A DNA stretch of 64,000 nucleotides, from the NCBI RefSeq assembly GCF_009914755.1, contig NC_060926.1. One strand, written 5' to 3'. The position numbers were made by a program, and so were the translations under genes. The notes beneath the pieces were generated by a model. That model had not been told where the DNA came from. It ran no database searches and saw only the letters and a program-made list of their open reading frames with translations. This document shows, piece after piece, positions 47,456-60,429 of the stretch. Every line of letters begins with the position of its first letter. Position 1 is the first letter of the stretch. This stretch comes from the human T2T-CHM13v2.0 reference genome, Homo sapiens.

Positions 47456-50119
47456 AATCTGAATTCTTTCTCAAGTTCTGACCTATCCAAAAGTGGAGAA
47501 CAGAGGTGAAGGATTCTTGGCTTTAGGTGCTGCACATTTTACCAGGGGAAGAGATGTGAATATGGGTGGAAGTAGCAGCCCTGCACAGATATATGAGAGA
47601 GAAGAGGAAGCAGAGAGCTTGGGGCTGAATTTCTCTAACCACTAGAGTTTGTATTTGCTCTCTGGGGCAATAATAAAGTTACCGCTTTAACTAAAATTTA
47701 CTGCTAAACTTCAGATGGTCTGTCATACAGAAATATTTTGGCAGTAGAAAACAACTTGCTTAATATAACACAGCTAGAAAGGTGAATGTTGGATTCAATT
47801 TCTGGCCTATGTTACCCATGATGTCATGCATTTTTACATACACAAATGCACCTGACAGAGAACCTGGCTTATAAAAGGAGTTCAACACATCCTAATATCT
47901 GAATCTGAATCTGACTTTCTTTACAAGTGTCTTCCAATGAGCCACACACAGTGAGACTGGGGACTCTGGAGGACAATCTAGTCATGAGGCCACCATGTTT
48001 CTTTGCACCCAGAGTGGGGCTGGTCCCTGGGGTGCTGGGCAGTAAATCCTTAGGGGCTGGAACCCTAGGCACAGATTTTCTTCCTATTTGCCCAGCTGTC
48101 TGAACTATAAGGCCCTGGGGAGGCCTGTGTGGGATGAGAAAGTCAGAGCCACCAAATGAGTAGGAGAGGTTCAGAGAGGGGCAACCAACAAAGGAAAGTC
48201 TCCTTGAGGAACAGCGTAGCCAACCATGGGTCCTGATAAGCATGGCAGCCTGATGTGTGCATAGTTATCCTGGCACTGTGCTCATCAGTTCACATCCCAT
48301 AGGTATTTGGTTGGTTCCAAGATGCCACCCATTCCTGCTGAGTAGAGATCAAACAAGACTCCTCTATGGACCAGAGGGCCATAAACATGTGTTTTCTCAG
48401 ACAAAGAAAAAAAGGAGTTAAAGGTCATCTTGAGAGTCTCCAAATATATAGACCAAGATCTCAGGGTCTAATAAGATCCTTTGCGGCGCTGAGGAGATAT
48501 TACATCTGAAAGAACTAAAGAATGTGCACAGGCTTGGGATGAACATAACCTAGTTTATGAAAATAGAAAATTAAAAACTAAAGGATGAGGAAGGGGGTAA
48601 TTCTGTCTACAGTAAGATTCCTCATAGGGTTCCTTTAAGCAGTGAGCTCCCTTGCTGCCATTAAAATATTATTTGATGTGCAAAATTTTAATTAGATCCA
48701 ACTTTTCCAGAACACATTTAATGTGAATCTGGCTATGCTGGCTTGATGTCGATTTCATTTCCTCACATTTATTTGGGATCTCTTGTTGTCAGGTGCCATT
48801 TCTGGGTCTTATGCTAGGTACAAGAATATGGAGGTGAGTAAGGATCAGGCCCCGAGCTCCCAAGTCCTTAGCCCTCTTCCTCAGGAGGCTGCTCCACAGG
48901 AAAGGAGTTGGACATTCCTCAGGTTTATTTTCCTGCTGGGAGTGTTAATATCTCTCCCGCCCCCAAACTTGTCTCTGGTGTGTTATCAGGTGAGCACAGA
49001 AACATGGCTTTTCTCCACCATCTTCCCCTCTCTCCACAGAGGAGGAGCAGGGTAATCACAGTCTTCCCCTGAGACTAGTAATCAGGAAGGCTTCAGGGCA
49101 GACAGAGTGAAAGCCCAGACCCGCAGCCACTTGGAAATAAAGCCATGCTCTTTGGCTGAAGAGTCACAGCATCTGGCTGAAATGTCCCTGGTCCCACGCA
49201 GCCATCTTAAAGTAGACTTTGCTCTGCACCTGGAAGAGATAAGGGACCCCCACAGGGTGTGGAGGAGGACAGAGAACAGTCCAAAGTGCTAGTCAAGGGT
49301 CTTGGTGGGCTCGAACCCTGATCTCTGACTTTGCTGCCTTTGTCTGGCTTCCTCTGAAGTCCCGGCCCACCTCTTGATGCAAGACCCACCAAGATGCCTA
49401 GATGTCCATAGGAAGAGGTCTCTGAGTAACCATGTGAGGCAGCCAAGGCTTTGTGGGAGGAGCCCCCAGCTAGGTCAGGGGCATGGGGCTCAGCTCTGTC
49501 TGATGGGCATGACCTCAGGCAAGCCTCTGTCATAAAATGCCTCTGGGAGCTTCATAATTCCTCACCTGAATTGACTCTTCAATGGCCGGGGTTTGTCTTA
49601 ATCTCAATCTCTCTCTCTTTTTAAAATCTCCAGCATGTTGTATGTGCCTGGCACTACTTCTTCAGTAAATTTTGGTTAAATAAAATGTGGGATGAAGGGA
49701 AAGATTTTTTTAAATAGCAGTGGTAAAGTGAAGTCCTACACGAAGGAGGAAGGGGCCGGATAGGCCTTTGGGGCCCCTTTAAGTCATCCCTAATGAATCC
49801 ATTCTTATCTTCCACCCTCTGCCTTTTCAGCTGCATTTATTCTTACTAATACACTCTTCCTCCCATCAGAGGCTAAATTGGAAAGTTGTTCATTGTTCGT
49901 GAACACTTTTAAATAATGTTTCAAGTATATTTAATACACTAGAAGGAAAGGTGTATTTTAAGAAGGTGAATTTTATGCATAACAAACCTAGACTTGGAAA
50001 TTACTTTTATTTTTAAAAAATGGTTTCTTAAGTATTATATAATTTTTGAGTGCAAAAGATATGTGTTTACACAAATTCTTTAAGCTTTTGCCATGGTCCA
50101 TGGTGATACCTTTGTATGA

Positions 50120-50850
50120 AATCTTATGAGCTCCTCATTTTACATCTCTGCAGCATGTGAGCTCATTAAACACTCTTTCTGGAATTCTCTCCTCTTGTGG
50201 CTTCCATGACTGTTTATCTGATTCTGCTTCTCACAATTGGATTGCTCCTTTTATTTTGTATCTCAGTTGCTCTTTGCTGTGTCCATTTCCTCCTCCTGCC
50301 GCCTAAATGCTGGGATTCCCTGGGATTCCTTCCTTGGCCCTCTTCTCTCCCAGGATGCCCTCACTCCCCTATGCACTGGTCTGACATTGACATGCCTGTG
50401 ACCTCCACATCTTTCTCTCTAGCTCTTACCTCTTTCTGCAGCTCCAGGTTCAAATTCCTAACCTCCTTGGATAGCTCCAGTTGGATTCTTGTTGTTGCTT
50501 GAAATTAAATTTGGACAAGAAAAAACATTTGCTTTTCTTCTCAACTACCCTAAACTCCTCCCTGACCTGTGTTTCTTGTCTCAGTGAATGGTTTTGCCAC
50601 CAACTTAAGCATTCTGGAGCAGTCTCCGAGGCTGCCTGCCCACCCATATCTCATATCTAGGTAAAGTTAAATCCTATGGATTATGCTCGGGAATGTTTCT
50701 AATTTGTGCCTTCCTCCCCATATCCATTATCCCTGCCCTAATTCAAACCCTCACTTTTTTTTTCTTGCAAGAACATTACAAAAACCCAGCTGGGTCTTCC
50801 TTCATCCTCTCCTATCTCTCTGCCATACCATAGTCCATTTCATTATTGTT
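50120..50850 (+). mobile_element. L2 fragment
   Basis: Pyrimidine-rich L2 ORF-like sequence (TGGCTTCCATGAC…TCTCAGTGAATGG); boundaries approximate. Confidence 0.5.
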
Positions 50851-53459
50851 TTACTGGCTGTACCTGCTTTTAGGATTGTTGTCCTTCCAAATAAGTGGAC
50901 TCAGAGAGTCACAGGACTGGCAGGTGGCTGGGACAACACCTCCACCCTTGCCCCTCTGCAACTCAGATGGCACCTACTTTACCCAGCCTGGGGAGGTGGG
51001 ATGAGAGTATGGCCTTTGTTCACACTGGCCTAGGTGTGGCAGAAGGTGACAAGAAAGCCTCCTTTGACTTTTCTCATTCTCTTTGTAGCTCCCATTCAGT
51101 TGGAAGTAAGTCCAGTTTTTAGATCCAGCTTCAGAATTAGGACTTTAAAAATCTTTTATTAAGGAAAATTACAAAGATATGGAAATAGAAAAGCATAATA
51201 TGCCCCCAATGAATCATCACCCAGCTTCAACAGTTTTTAACTCATGGCCAATCTTGTTTCTTCTCTGCACCATGCAATTCCCCTCCCATACTTTGTGGTA
51301 TTTGGAAGCAAATACAAAACTAAAACATTGGGTTTTAACTGAGCTGAAAGACCAGGGGCATAAGCCTTTTGTGTGTCACAGCCATGGTGCCCAGTGTCTC
51401 TTCTCAGCACCTCCCCATGTGGCAGCCCTTCGGAACAGGGCTCTACGAGGGACCCTTGACTCAGCCTGTGGCTAATAGTGGCTCATATCATCCATGGGTG
51501 ACACCATGCCCCTCTCCCTGGGAGATAAGGGAAGTAGTTGGGGGGCTACATGCATGGTATCCCTGCGCTTAGCCAGATTCCTCCACCCAAGGCCTCCAGC
51601 TGACCTCTGCTGGAGGAGCTGGAGCAACCGGTACCACCCACCACCTCTCCAAACCACTAGGGTGCTCATCAGACAGCCTTCCCAGCAAACGCTAGGATCC
51701 ACTCCTGAGCTTAATGAGGGGCCCAGGGAAAAGGATCAGCAGCAGAACAAAGTGGAGGAACCCAGATTCTTGAGAGTTTAAGTAGAAAATATGCTACCCA
51801 GGTACATGGGGACCTGTTGCAGGGACTCAACAGTGCCATTTCGGGACAGGAACAGGCAACCAAGCCACAGGTGGCATAACAGAGGTATATTGTATCTCAC
51901 TGCTGGAAGAGAGGAGTGTCAGGCCAGAAGCCGCAGTGAGTGTTTCATTTATCTAGGGCCTCCGTGTAGCCTTTTTTGTAATCAAAAGCATTTGCAGGGC
52001 TCTGGGCTCAAGATACAAATTTGCATATTGCTTTACATAAGTCAGCATATGGAGTTCACTCACCCCTAACGCCAAGAAAGGGAAATTAAATTCAATTAGA
52101 TTAATTAGTACAACTGATTGCAAATTGTTTTCAGACCTAATATTAAGGGTACTGCACGCAGGAAATACAAAACAGATTTTTTTAATTGGGAGGAGGGAGG
52201 AGAGGGAAGGATGGGAGGGGGAAGGATGGGAGTGAGTAGCTTGGGCAGCCCAGCCAGGTATGCTAGGGAGGAGTCAGGGAGGTATGCAGGGCAGGTGGGA
52301 GGAGGGCGCTCAAGCACTTCCATGGGATACTTCAGTTTCCCTCCTCCACATGCCCCCATCCCACCTCCTGTATACAAATTATTCCTGGGCAGAGGCTGAT
52401 TTACCTGGATGGTAATAAAGCTTAGGTTTAGGGCCACTCTCCGGCCTGGATCTCTTCCAAGCCTCAATCAATACTCAGTTTTGCATCTGTAATTTTTAAG
52501 TGAGGCCTCATAAGTTATGTTTTAGGTCCCTAAAAACCTCCATCATCCCTACCGCTCTCCCTTGGTTTCCTTTCTTCTTTACCTCCTTTGCTTCCTCCTT
52601 TGCTGGCTCACTTCTCCTCTTTCCTGCTTCGTTTCTTGGAATTCAGGGTTGGAGGAAAGGGCCCAAGCAAAGAGAGGTCTTAGGGTGGGTGCTGGGAGCA
52701 GCCCCTCCTTTGCCAGCCCTGCAGAGCTGTGGGTCCTTTGGGCACAGGCCTGGCCCTGTCTGGCACCAGCCAGTCCTGACACCCAGCCAGGCACACAGTG
52801 GTAGCCTCTAGCTTAGACCCCAGGGTCAGGGGTTAAGTGGTCTACCCTTATCAGGTGTGCCTGCGGCTCATCTGGTCGGGTCTTCCCTTCCCTGGCCTGC
52901 TGTGATGCTCAGACCATGAGGAAGACAAGCATCTGCCATCTCTCTTGAATGGACTCCCAGGGGCTGTGCAGGGAGAGGACCCCATTGAGAGGTCCAGCTC
53001 ACTTGGCTGGGCCTGCTCCTACCCCCAACCGCCCAGTCCTGCCTGACATGTTCCAGTCACCTGGAAAGACAATGGGAATTGGGAACCTGCTGAGTCCTGA
53101 ACATTCCTGCTGCCGGTCCTCTCCCACCAGCCCAGGTTCTCTGCCCTTCCCCACTAGCTAATGTCCTAGTATGCCTAGGACTGACCCATCTCAGTTTTGA
53201 TAAAAAGAAATTCATCCACTTCCTTTGTCTTTGCTTTCCGGGTCTGGTCCCTTTTGATGCCATAGGGAGGGCCAGCACATTCCCCAGGGAGATGGAGGGC
53301 CTGGTCCCTGAGCCCCTGCCTTACTTCCTTCTCACACACTTTCTAAGTGAGACTCTATAGATGGGCTTTCTGCAGGCTGAGGCGCAGTTGGTGGAACAGG
53401 GATTTTTGTATGTTTCAACAGTGTCCTGGAGACTCTTCCACCTGATGCAGGTTGGGAGA

Positions 53460-53760
53460 ATTTATTCATTCATTTATCTGTCCATCCAACAAACACCTAT
53501 TGTCTCCCCTGTGCTGGTGTGAGATGATCCAGGGGTGAACACATAAAGTAGGTGTATGTAAGGGGGGTTAAGAGAAGTCCAGAAATAGCCATAATATGAA
53601 ACAGCACAAGATAAGCTTTCAAGAGAGCTTGTTCAGCCATAGGGAGGGCATATCTTGTTGGGCAACCAAGAAAGACTTCAAAAAGGAGACTATGCAAACT
53701 GGCCTTTCAGGTGGGGTAAGATGGCGAAAGGTGGGGTGGAGGGGAAGGACCCACCACGCA
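53460..53760 (-). mobile_element. L2 3' end
   Basis: TTTATTCATTCATTTATCTGTCCATCCAACAAACACCTATTG tail; boundaries approximate. Confidence 0.45.
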
Positions 53761-54979
53761 GGACCAGAAGCAGTCACAGGAAGAGGTAGTGAGAACACCC
53801 TGGAAACGGCCCAGGTGGCAGGCCATCCCGGAAACCAGCAGTGGTTCTGCTTGGCCATGACATTAGAATTTGGATAGGGAAGTAGTTGATGGATCTGGAG
53901 AGACTGTGAGCAAAAGGCAGACTGAGGGGAAATGAAAAGGAAGGAATGGCCTCAGGAAGGAGGTAGAGAGTGTGTGGGTACATACAACGGGGATGTCAAA
54001 GCCCTCTTGTTCCTTTTCACAATTTCTCCTTTCCTGCTACTCCCAACTGATGGTGAAGAGGGAAGTTGGAAGGCCCCCAACTCTCTGTCGCCAAAGCTTG
54101 GCTCTGCTCACTCCAGGCTGAGGCCTCCATGCCTGTTTCAGGCTGGACACCCAGTCCTTTCTAGTAGCCAGAGCTTCCCCTTTGAGCCCCAGAATTCCTC
54201 TGCTGGGCCTTGGACTTTCTGAACACACTCCCTTGGGCATCCAAGAAGAAGTGGCTCCCCATTCAGGCAATGCCTACTCTGCACAATGATAAGCACACTC
54301 CTGACATTGCTAAATGGTTGTCTACTTCTAATAAACCCCATGCTGGTGGGTGCAGCATGAGAGGTAATATTCGCTCTTCCTGGCTGCCTCAAACCATAGT
54401 CAGGATTATAAAGACGCATGAATCAGAGATGGCAGCCTATAACAAAAGCTTTACCTCCGGCTGTTTTGCTCATTTTCTAAACAACAGAACACTCCCTACT
54501 TCCCCACCCCCTCTGCTTGTTCCTTTGTGTTTGAGATTCATCATCACCAAATGCTTTGGTCTAAACCCCCAGGCTTACACAACAATTGAGAGAGAGAGAG
54601 GCCAGAAATGCCTGAATTCCAGGAAGCTGCGCTGTGTCCTGTGGCCACTCGTTTTTGCCTCCCCTCGCTGCCCACCTGGAGCAGCTGCTGGTAACTTCCC
54701 ACCTGAAAAGCGAATCTCAGGTTCCTCTCTGCCTGGCTGGACACAGATCATTTTTCCTGCTGGCTCTGACCCTGCCTCTCTTCCAGGGCTAAACCTGCTC
54801 CAGGAGCACTGGCTCTATAGGGTGAGACTTAGCCTGAGGTCCCCCTTGTACCACATAACTGGGCTACCACCAGGTACGAAAGATTTGCGTCCTATCTTAC
54901 TTGTACCTCCATTTAAGTAACAGGGAGCCTGTCTTGGTCCCTGCCTGATGCCATGGATGTTCTAAAGTCCTAAGTTACT

Positions 54980-56160
54980 CTTTTATTTTTCTTTTTAGAG
55001 TGAGGTGAAATTCACAAAACAAAAAATTAACCTAACCATTTTAAGGTGAGGAATTTAATGGCCTTTAGTACATTCATAATCTTGTACAACCAACACCTTG
55101 ATCTTGTCCCAAAACATTTTCATCACCCCCAGAGAAAACCCTGTACCATTAAGCATTTACTTTCCATTTCCCCAAGCCCCTGGCAACTGCCAGTTTGCCT
55201 TCTGTCTTCATGGATTGACTTTTCAGATATTTCATATGAATGGAATCATACAATATGAGACCTTAGCAAAATGTTTTTGAGGTTCATCCACATCGTAGCA
55301 TGTATCAGTACTTTACTACTTTTCATGTCTGAATAATATTTCATTTTATGTATACACCACCATTTGTTTATCCATTCTTCCATTGATGGACGTTTGAATT
55401 GTTTCCACGTTTGGCTACTGTGAATAGTGAGTCTATGAAAGTGTTTGTGCATGTATTTAAGTAGCTCTTTTCAGTTTTTTTCAGGGATATATGTGGGGCT
55501 GAAATTCCTAGGTCAAATGGTAACTCTATGTTTAACTTTTTGAGAAACCACCAAACTATTTTTCACAGCAGCTGACATTTTACACTCCTACCAGCAATGT
55601 GTAACGGTTTCAATTTCTTCATATCCTTGCTAATAATTATTTTCTTTTTTTTAATTAATTTTTCATATGATAGCCATCCTAGTGCATGGTATCTCATGGT
55701 AGTTTGCCTTGCATTTTTCCAGTGATTAATAATGTTGAGCATCTTTCCATGTGCTTTTTGGCCATTTGTATGTCTTCTTTGGAGAAATGTCTATTTAATT
55801 CCAGTTTTATTTCAGGTAAGTTGTCTTTTTGTTGTCCAGTTGTAAAATAAAAGTTCTTTATATATTCTGGATATTAAATTCTCTCCAGAGATACGATTTG
55901 CAATATCTGTGGATTGTATTTTCACTTTCTTGATAATACCTTTTGACGCACATAAGTTTTACATTTGATGAAGTCCAATTTATCTCTTTTTTCTCTTGTT
56001 GCTCATGCTTTTGATGTCATACCTAAGAAAGCATTGCAAAATCTGAGGTCATGAAGATTTACTCCTAGTTTTCTTCCAAGGGTTTTTGGTTTTGGCTTTT
56101 ACTCTTAGGTCATTGATACCTTTTGAGCTAATTTGTGTTTATAGTGTGAGGTAGGGTTTT
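54980..56160 (-). mobile_element. L1MB4/5-like 3' part
   Basis: GGTGAAATTCAC…CATTTTCATCACCCC…GGAATCATACAATATG…TTTGGAGAAATGTCTATT…GTGTGAGGTAGGG. Confidence 0.88.
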
Positions 56161-56542
56161 CTAACTTACTCATGACTCCTGCTCCCATGCCTACCTCAGC
56201 TGGGGGTGCAACCTGGGACCTGTAGTCTGCTGGCACTTGTCCTTGATGCCTGTACTGCTGTTTCTTTCCCTGCATGACCTGTTGGTCTGGGACATCCTTT
56301 TACCCTTTGTCAGCCTCTATGACATGAATTGCTTGCCTGGACTGCTACTTAATTGGATTGGACTCCACTAGATGGGGCTTCCTCTGAGCCAACCTGCTAG
56401 GTCTGTTCCTTCCATTCCAGCCCCATTCCTGTCATAGGTCTGAGCCTAGCCATCTGTCTGCACTCTAAGACTGAGCTAGCTTGCTGCTGCACCAGGCCAC
56501 TCTAGCAGCATCTTGTGACAAAAAAAGATTGCATCAATAAAG

Positions 56543-56790
56543 TACAGTGGACTGAGGGCATGGACTCTGCAACTGGGGACCCAATACCAGCTCTGCTGCC
56601 TACTACATGGGTGACTACAGAGAATAGTGTGATGTTTTGTGCCTCAGTTTCCTCATCTGTAAAATAGGGATACTGTAATTATTACCCCCACTTCATAGAG
56701 CTGATGTGGCAGTGAAGATAGTTAATATCAAAAAAGGGTTAAGAAGAGTGGCCAGCATGTGGCAAATGCTGCATGAGTGTTAGCTCTTAT
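56543..56790 (+). mobile_element. MIR, near full length
   Basis: GCCTCAGTTTCCTCATCTGTAAAATAGGGATA core. Confidence 0.85.
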
Positions 56791-57749
56791 TAATAATGTC
56801 TACAAATCTCACTGGTCGCTGGGAAGGGTGTTACAACTGGAACAACAATTTAGCATGGATGAGCTCATTGTTTTCCTAGATGTAGGGTTGGGAGGCCGGG
56901 GGTGGGGATGGAAGTTGCCTACCTGAAAGGAGGAGAATAAGCCTGTTCCTACCAATGGCCATTGGCAGGCAACTAGGCACAAGGAAAGAAGGAGAAGAGG
57001 AGGGTGCAGGGCCCCAAACTAATCTTGCTGGTTGCAAAATTCTGGTGATGTCTCCCAGGTTAGCTAAATCTGTGGCAAATTCAGTCACATGATACCTGTG
57101 ATCTAATAAAAAGAGGCAGAAAGCAGGAGCCTTATTTTGTTGAATTGCCATGAGTTGTATTGTCCCCCCCTCCACCCCCACCTCCCAATTTTCCTACTGT
57201 TGAGTTCTGGGTGAGTCTTGTTATCTCCCAGTGTAATTACTTACAGGATTGTGTCCTGGGGCCAGAATCACGAAGATCCCCCAGAGTCACCTGTAAAGAA
57301 GCCTGGGAGTAGGACTCCTCCCTGTCACCACCCCTGCGGCTGTGTCCTTTTCAGAGTTGCAGATGATTCATTCCTGGGAGGGAGGTTAGCCACCCGGATT
57401 TATTATCTGTCTAGATAGGGACTGTGCAGCACGACCAAAATAAAGGGCGAGAAAAATAGAGCTGTCTCAGCAAAATCTGCTGAATCAGAATTAACAAGAA
57501 AATCTTGTAACTAATGATCAGAAATTAAAATGTACTCAGGAGCTGCGGTGTTTAACTGAATAGCAGGACTGCGGGGTATACTGTGCAGGATAATGGAACT
57601 TGGAACAGCTCCTCCTCCCATTGCTGTGGGGACCCAGGTTAGACTGTTCACAAGCTTGACTAGGTAGGAGGCCAGCCCACCAACAACCCAAGTGTGCCAC
57701 CCTGGACAGGGACTTCTCCCCTTACCCTAGCCCTCTACTTCTCTCATCA

Positions 57750-57940
57750 AAGATGCTTTACCTTTGTATAGAACCCCACTGCTTACAATCCATATCTCAT
57801 CAGATTCTCATGACCACCTTGTGGGTGAGGGGAAGCAGCTTCATCCTTCATCTCTCCATTTCACAGAGGTGTACACTGAGGTGCAGGTTATGCCAGCGAG
57901 TGGCAGACCTGGGACTCAAGTTTTTCAATTTCTGGAATTC
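57750..57940 (-). mobile_element. MIR
   Basis: CTCCATTTCACAGAGGTGTACACTGAGG…CCTGGGACTCAAG. Confidence 0.6.
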
Positions 57941-58569
57941 CTGTACAAAGGCATCCTGCACAGAACAAATAATCTCCTTTAATTTAGCTTTTCTGTAAAC
58001 CTAGATTTTCAGGTATTGTATACTTAAAGGCCTTTGTACCACAGCACGTTGGCAAATACTGTGGAGTCTGAAGGGCAGGAGTATGGCTGTTTTCTATAAT
58101 TTTAAATGTTAAAAATGGCTTTCATTAGAACAAAACTCAAGTATTTTCTTGCTTGCCTAACTCTAAAAGCACTTAACAAGTTTTATAAAATAATTTGGAT
58201 CTAGGGCTGCATTAAACCTAGAGTATTTTTAGTCTTGGAGCAAATGTCTCAGAAAGCTCTGGGGAATGAAAAAGAGGGGTGTAGAAGAAAATGAGCCTGT
58301 GGTCTCCCCATGCCACCCTGCCTTTCAGACAACTCTCCTGGCCATTGAATCATCAATATCACGATTTGCCACATTTCACCCACCACAGTAATGGCCACCA
58401 GTAAAGGAGGAGCCCGGTGGTCTACATGCTGAGGGCGGGGACCCACAGGATGATTTGATTTGAGTTTTATTTGCAGATTTCTCTCTGGGAAGATAGAGAG
58501 GAGACTGTTCCTCCCAGAGGAGAGAGCTGCATTCTTCAATTTCAGGGAAGCAGTGGGACATACTGAGAA

Positions 58570-58800
58570 ACGCGAAGAAATCAGTCAGGAGACTGAGCTG
58601 CTAGTCTTCCTTTTAGCACTTAGTACTCTTGAGGTCTTGAGAAAACCATTCTTCTCTGTATCTCATTTTCTGTATCTCTGAAATGGGGATAATCATGTCT
58701 CCCTTGTAGGGTTGTTGAAAACTCTCAAATAATATATGTAAATCAATATATATGCTGTGCTTATCCAATGGTAGAGATTCAATGATGAGATACACGATTA
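58570..58800 (+). mobile_element. MIR
   Basis: TCTCATTTTCTGTATCTCTGAAATGGGGATAAT…TAGGGTTGTTG. Confidence 0.7.
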
Positions 58801-59449
58801 TTAGTAGAAATAGTAATAGTAGTACTTGTATTGTAATAATAGGAGGCATTTATGAAGTATTTTCTAGATTTGACTTCCCCTTCTATGAATATACAAAGAT
58901 GCTCTCCCACTAAAACTCCAGCTGAAATCCTATTTCAGTGCGAAACCTCCCTGAGATGCCAGTCTGAAGCCATCACTTCCTCCTCAGTGTTCCTTGTCTG
59001 CATCTCTCATTAGAGAAAACATACCTACCAATATCATCCTTTCTATTCGCTGGACCTGGAGGCATCAGGATACACAGGAGGCATCAGTATGGTCCAGGCA
59101 GAGTGGGGAAAGATATTAGGACTTGAGTGCATGGGTAGTTGGGGGAATGGTGGGTGAGGGGTCAGGACATGAGGCCTGGCAAGGGCAGGTAAGTCCATAA
59201 AGCCAGCCTGAGACCAGGAGGCCAGTGGGAGGACAGAGAAAAGTCATGCTGGGAGGATCATAGTTGAGGGATCATGGAAAAGTCAAAGTCTGGCATTAAG
59301 GCTCTGTCTAGCTAGGGCAGTGGATCAGCCCATGTTCAAGTGGGCAGGTAGTTGGCACCAGGGACATATGGGCTACAATATTAGAACCCCAAATTCCGGC
59401 ATGAGACATGGGAGGAAAGGGCACACAGACCCCTGTGAATTAGTAGGTC

Positions 59450-59530
59450 ACCAGAATCACCTAGAGGATTTTCTCAAAATACAGATTCCCAGGCTCCAGC
59501 CACTGAGATTCTGAGATTCAGATGCACTGT
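59450..59530. mobile_element. MER5-like hAT fragment
   Basis: CAGAATCACCT…AAAATACAGATTCCCAGGC…GAGATTCTGA. Confidence 0.55.
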
Positions 59531-60429
59531 CAGAAGAGATTACGGGCTTTCCTGCTGTGTGAGTGCCTGTGCTAGCCAGGTGATGTCTGAAGAAGGCTTC
59601 ATCATAGCAGTGGCCTTGAAACTTAATTAGAGACTTCATAAGGGTTTACTAACAGGTGGGGGGTCTTCAAGGTCTTCATGAAACAGATGCTCAGAAACTG
59701 AATGTGATAAAACAAACACTTGGTAAAGAAAAAAATTAAAAAGCAAAGCAAATGACACCTTGAGGCTCAAGAAACCAAGGTCAGCTTACATAAAAAGAAA
59801 AAGGGAAGCAGCATCTTCCAAAGACAGCTTCATGTGCAAATGCAGTCATGAACCCTAGTTCTGTCTTCAGGCTGTCCTGCATCAGTGTTGCCCCCGCAGA
59901 CAGACCCTCAAAGAATAGCAGTGTCTGTGTGACAGAGCCCAGTCAGTGCGGATGGGTAAGGTTTTGAATCATGCCCCTTGTTGATTCAATCTATTTTTAA
60001 GTGATTCTTCCTGCATTATGAGAGAAGTCTCAGCCTCTCCCCGAGAGAATGAGGGTAGAGCACAGTGAGGACACCAGTGTCAAGAGGCTTTGGTTTATCA
60101 AAAGCATTTATTTGTTCTCTTCCACAAAAATGTGGTTTCTGCAATGTGGTAACCTCTCTCTATTCTTCTGCCTTATGTCCAGAAAGTCAAGCCTGGCATA
60201 AATCTCCCAGGCAGGAAACCAATAGATTGTTCGCTAGAGAAACTGGAGAAACCAAGAGCGAACACCTACGAATATTGACTATTGCGATCCCACCAATGAA
60301 AAGGCCAGATCACCTTCGATCACCCTATGGTTCAGCTCACCAGACGGTATGTGCTGCCTAATCAGGACACAGCATTTGCAGTTGTTTTAGTGTCTTGTTC
60401 TTAGAAATACTCTTACAGCCATAGATGAT

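Noticed and set aside
54210-54920. Longest ORF outside repeats (236 aa)
   Set aside because: Starts at TTG, has no recognisable domain, runs through a short (AG)n, and lacks exon context; consistent with chance.
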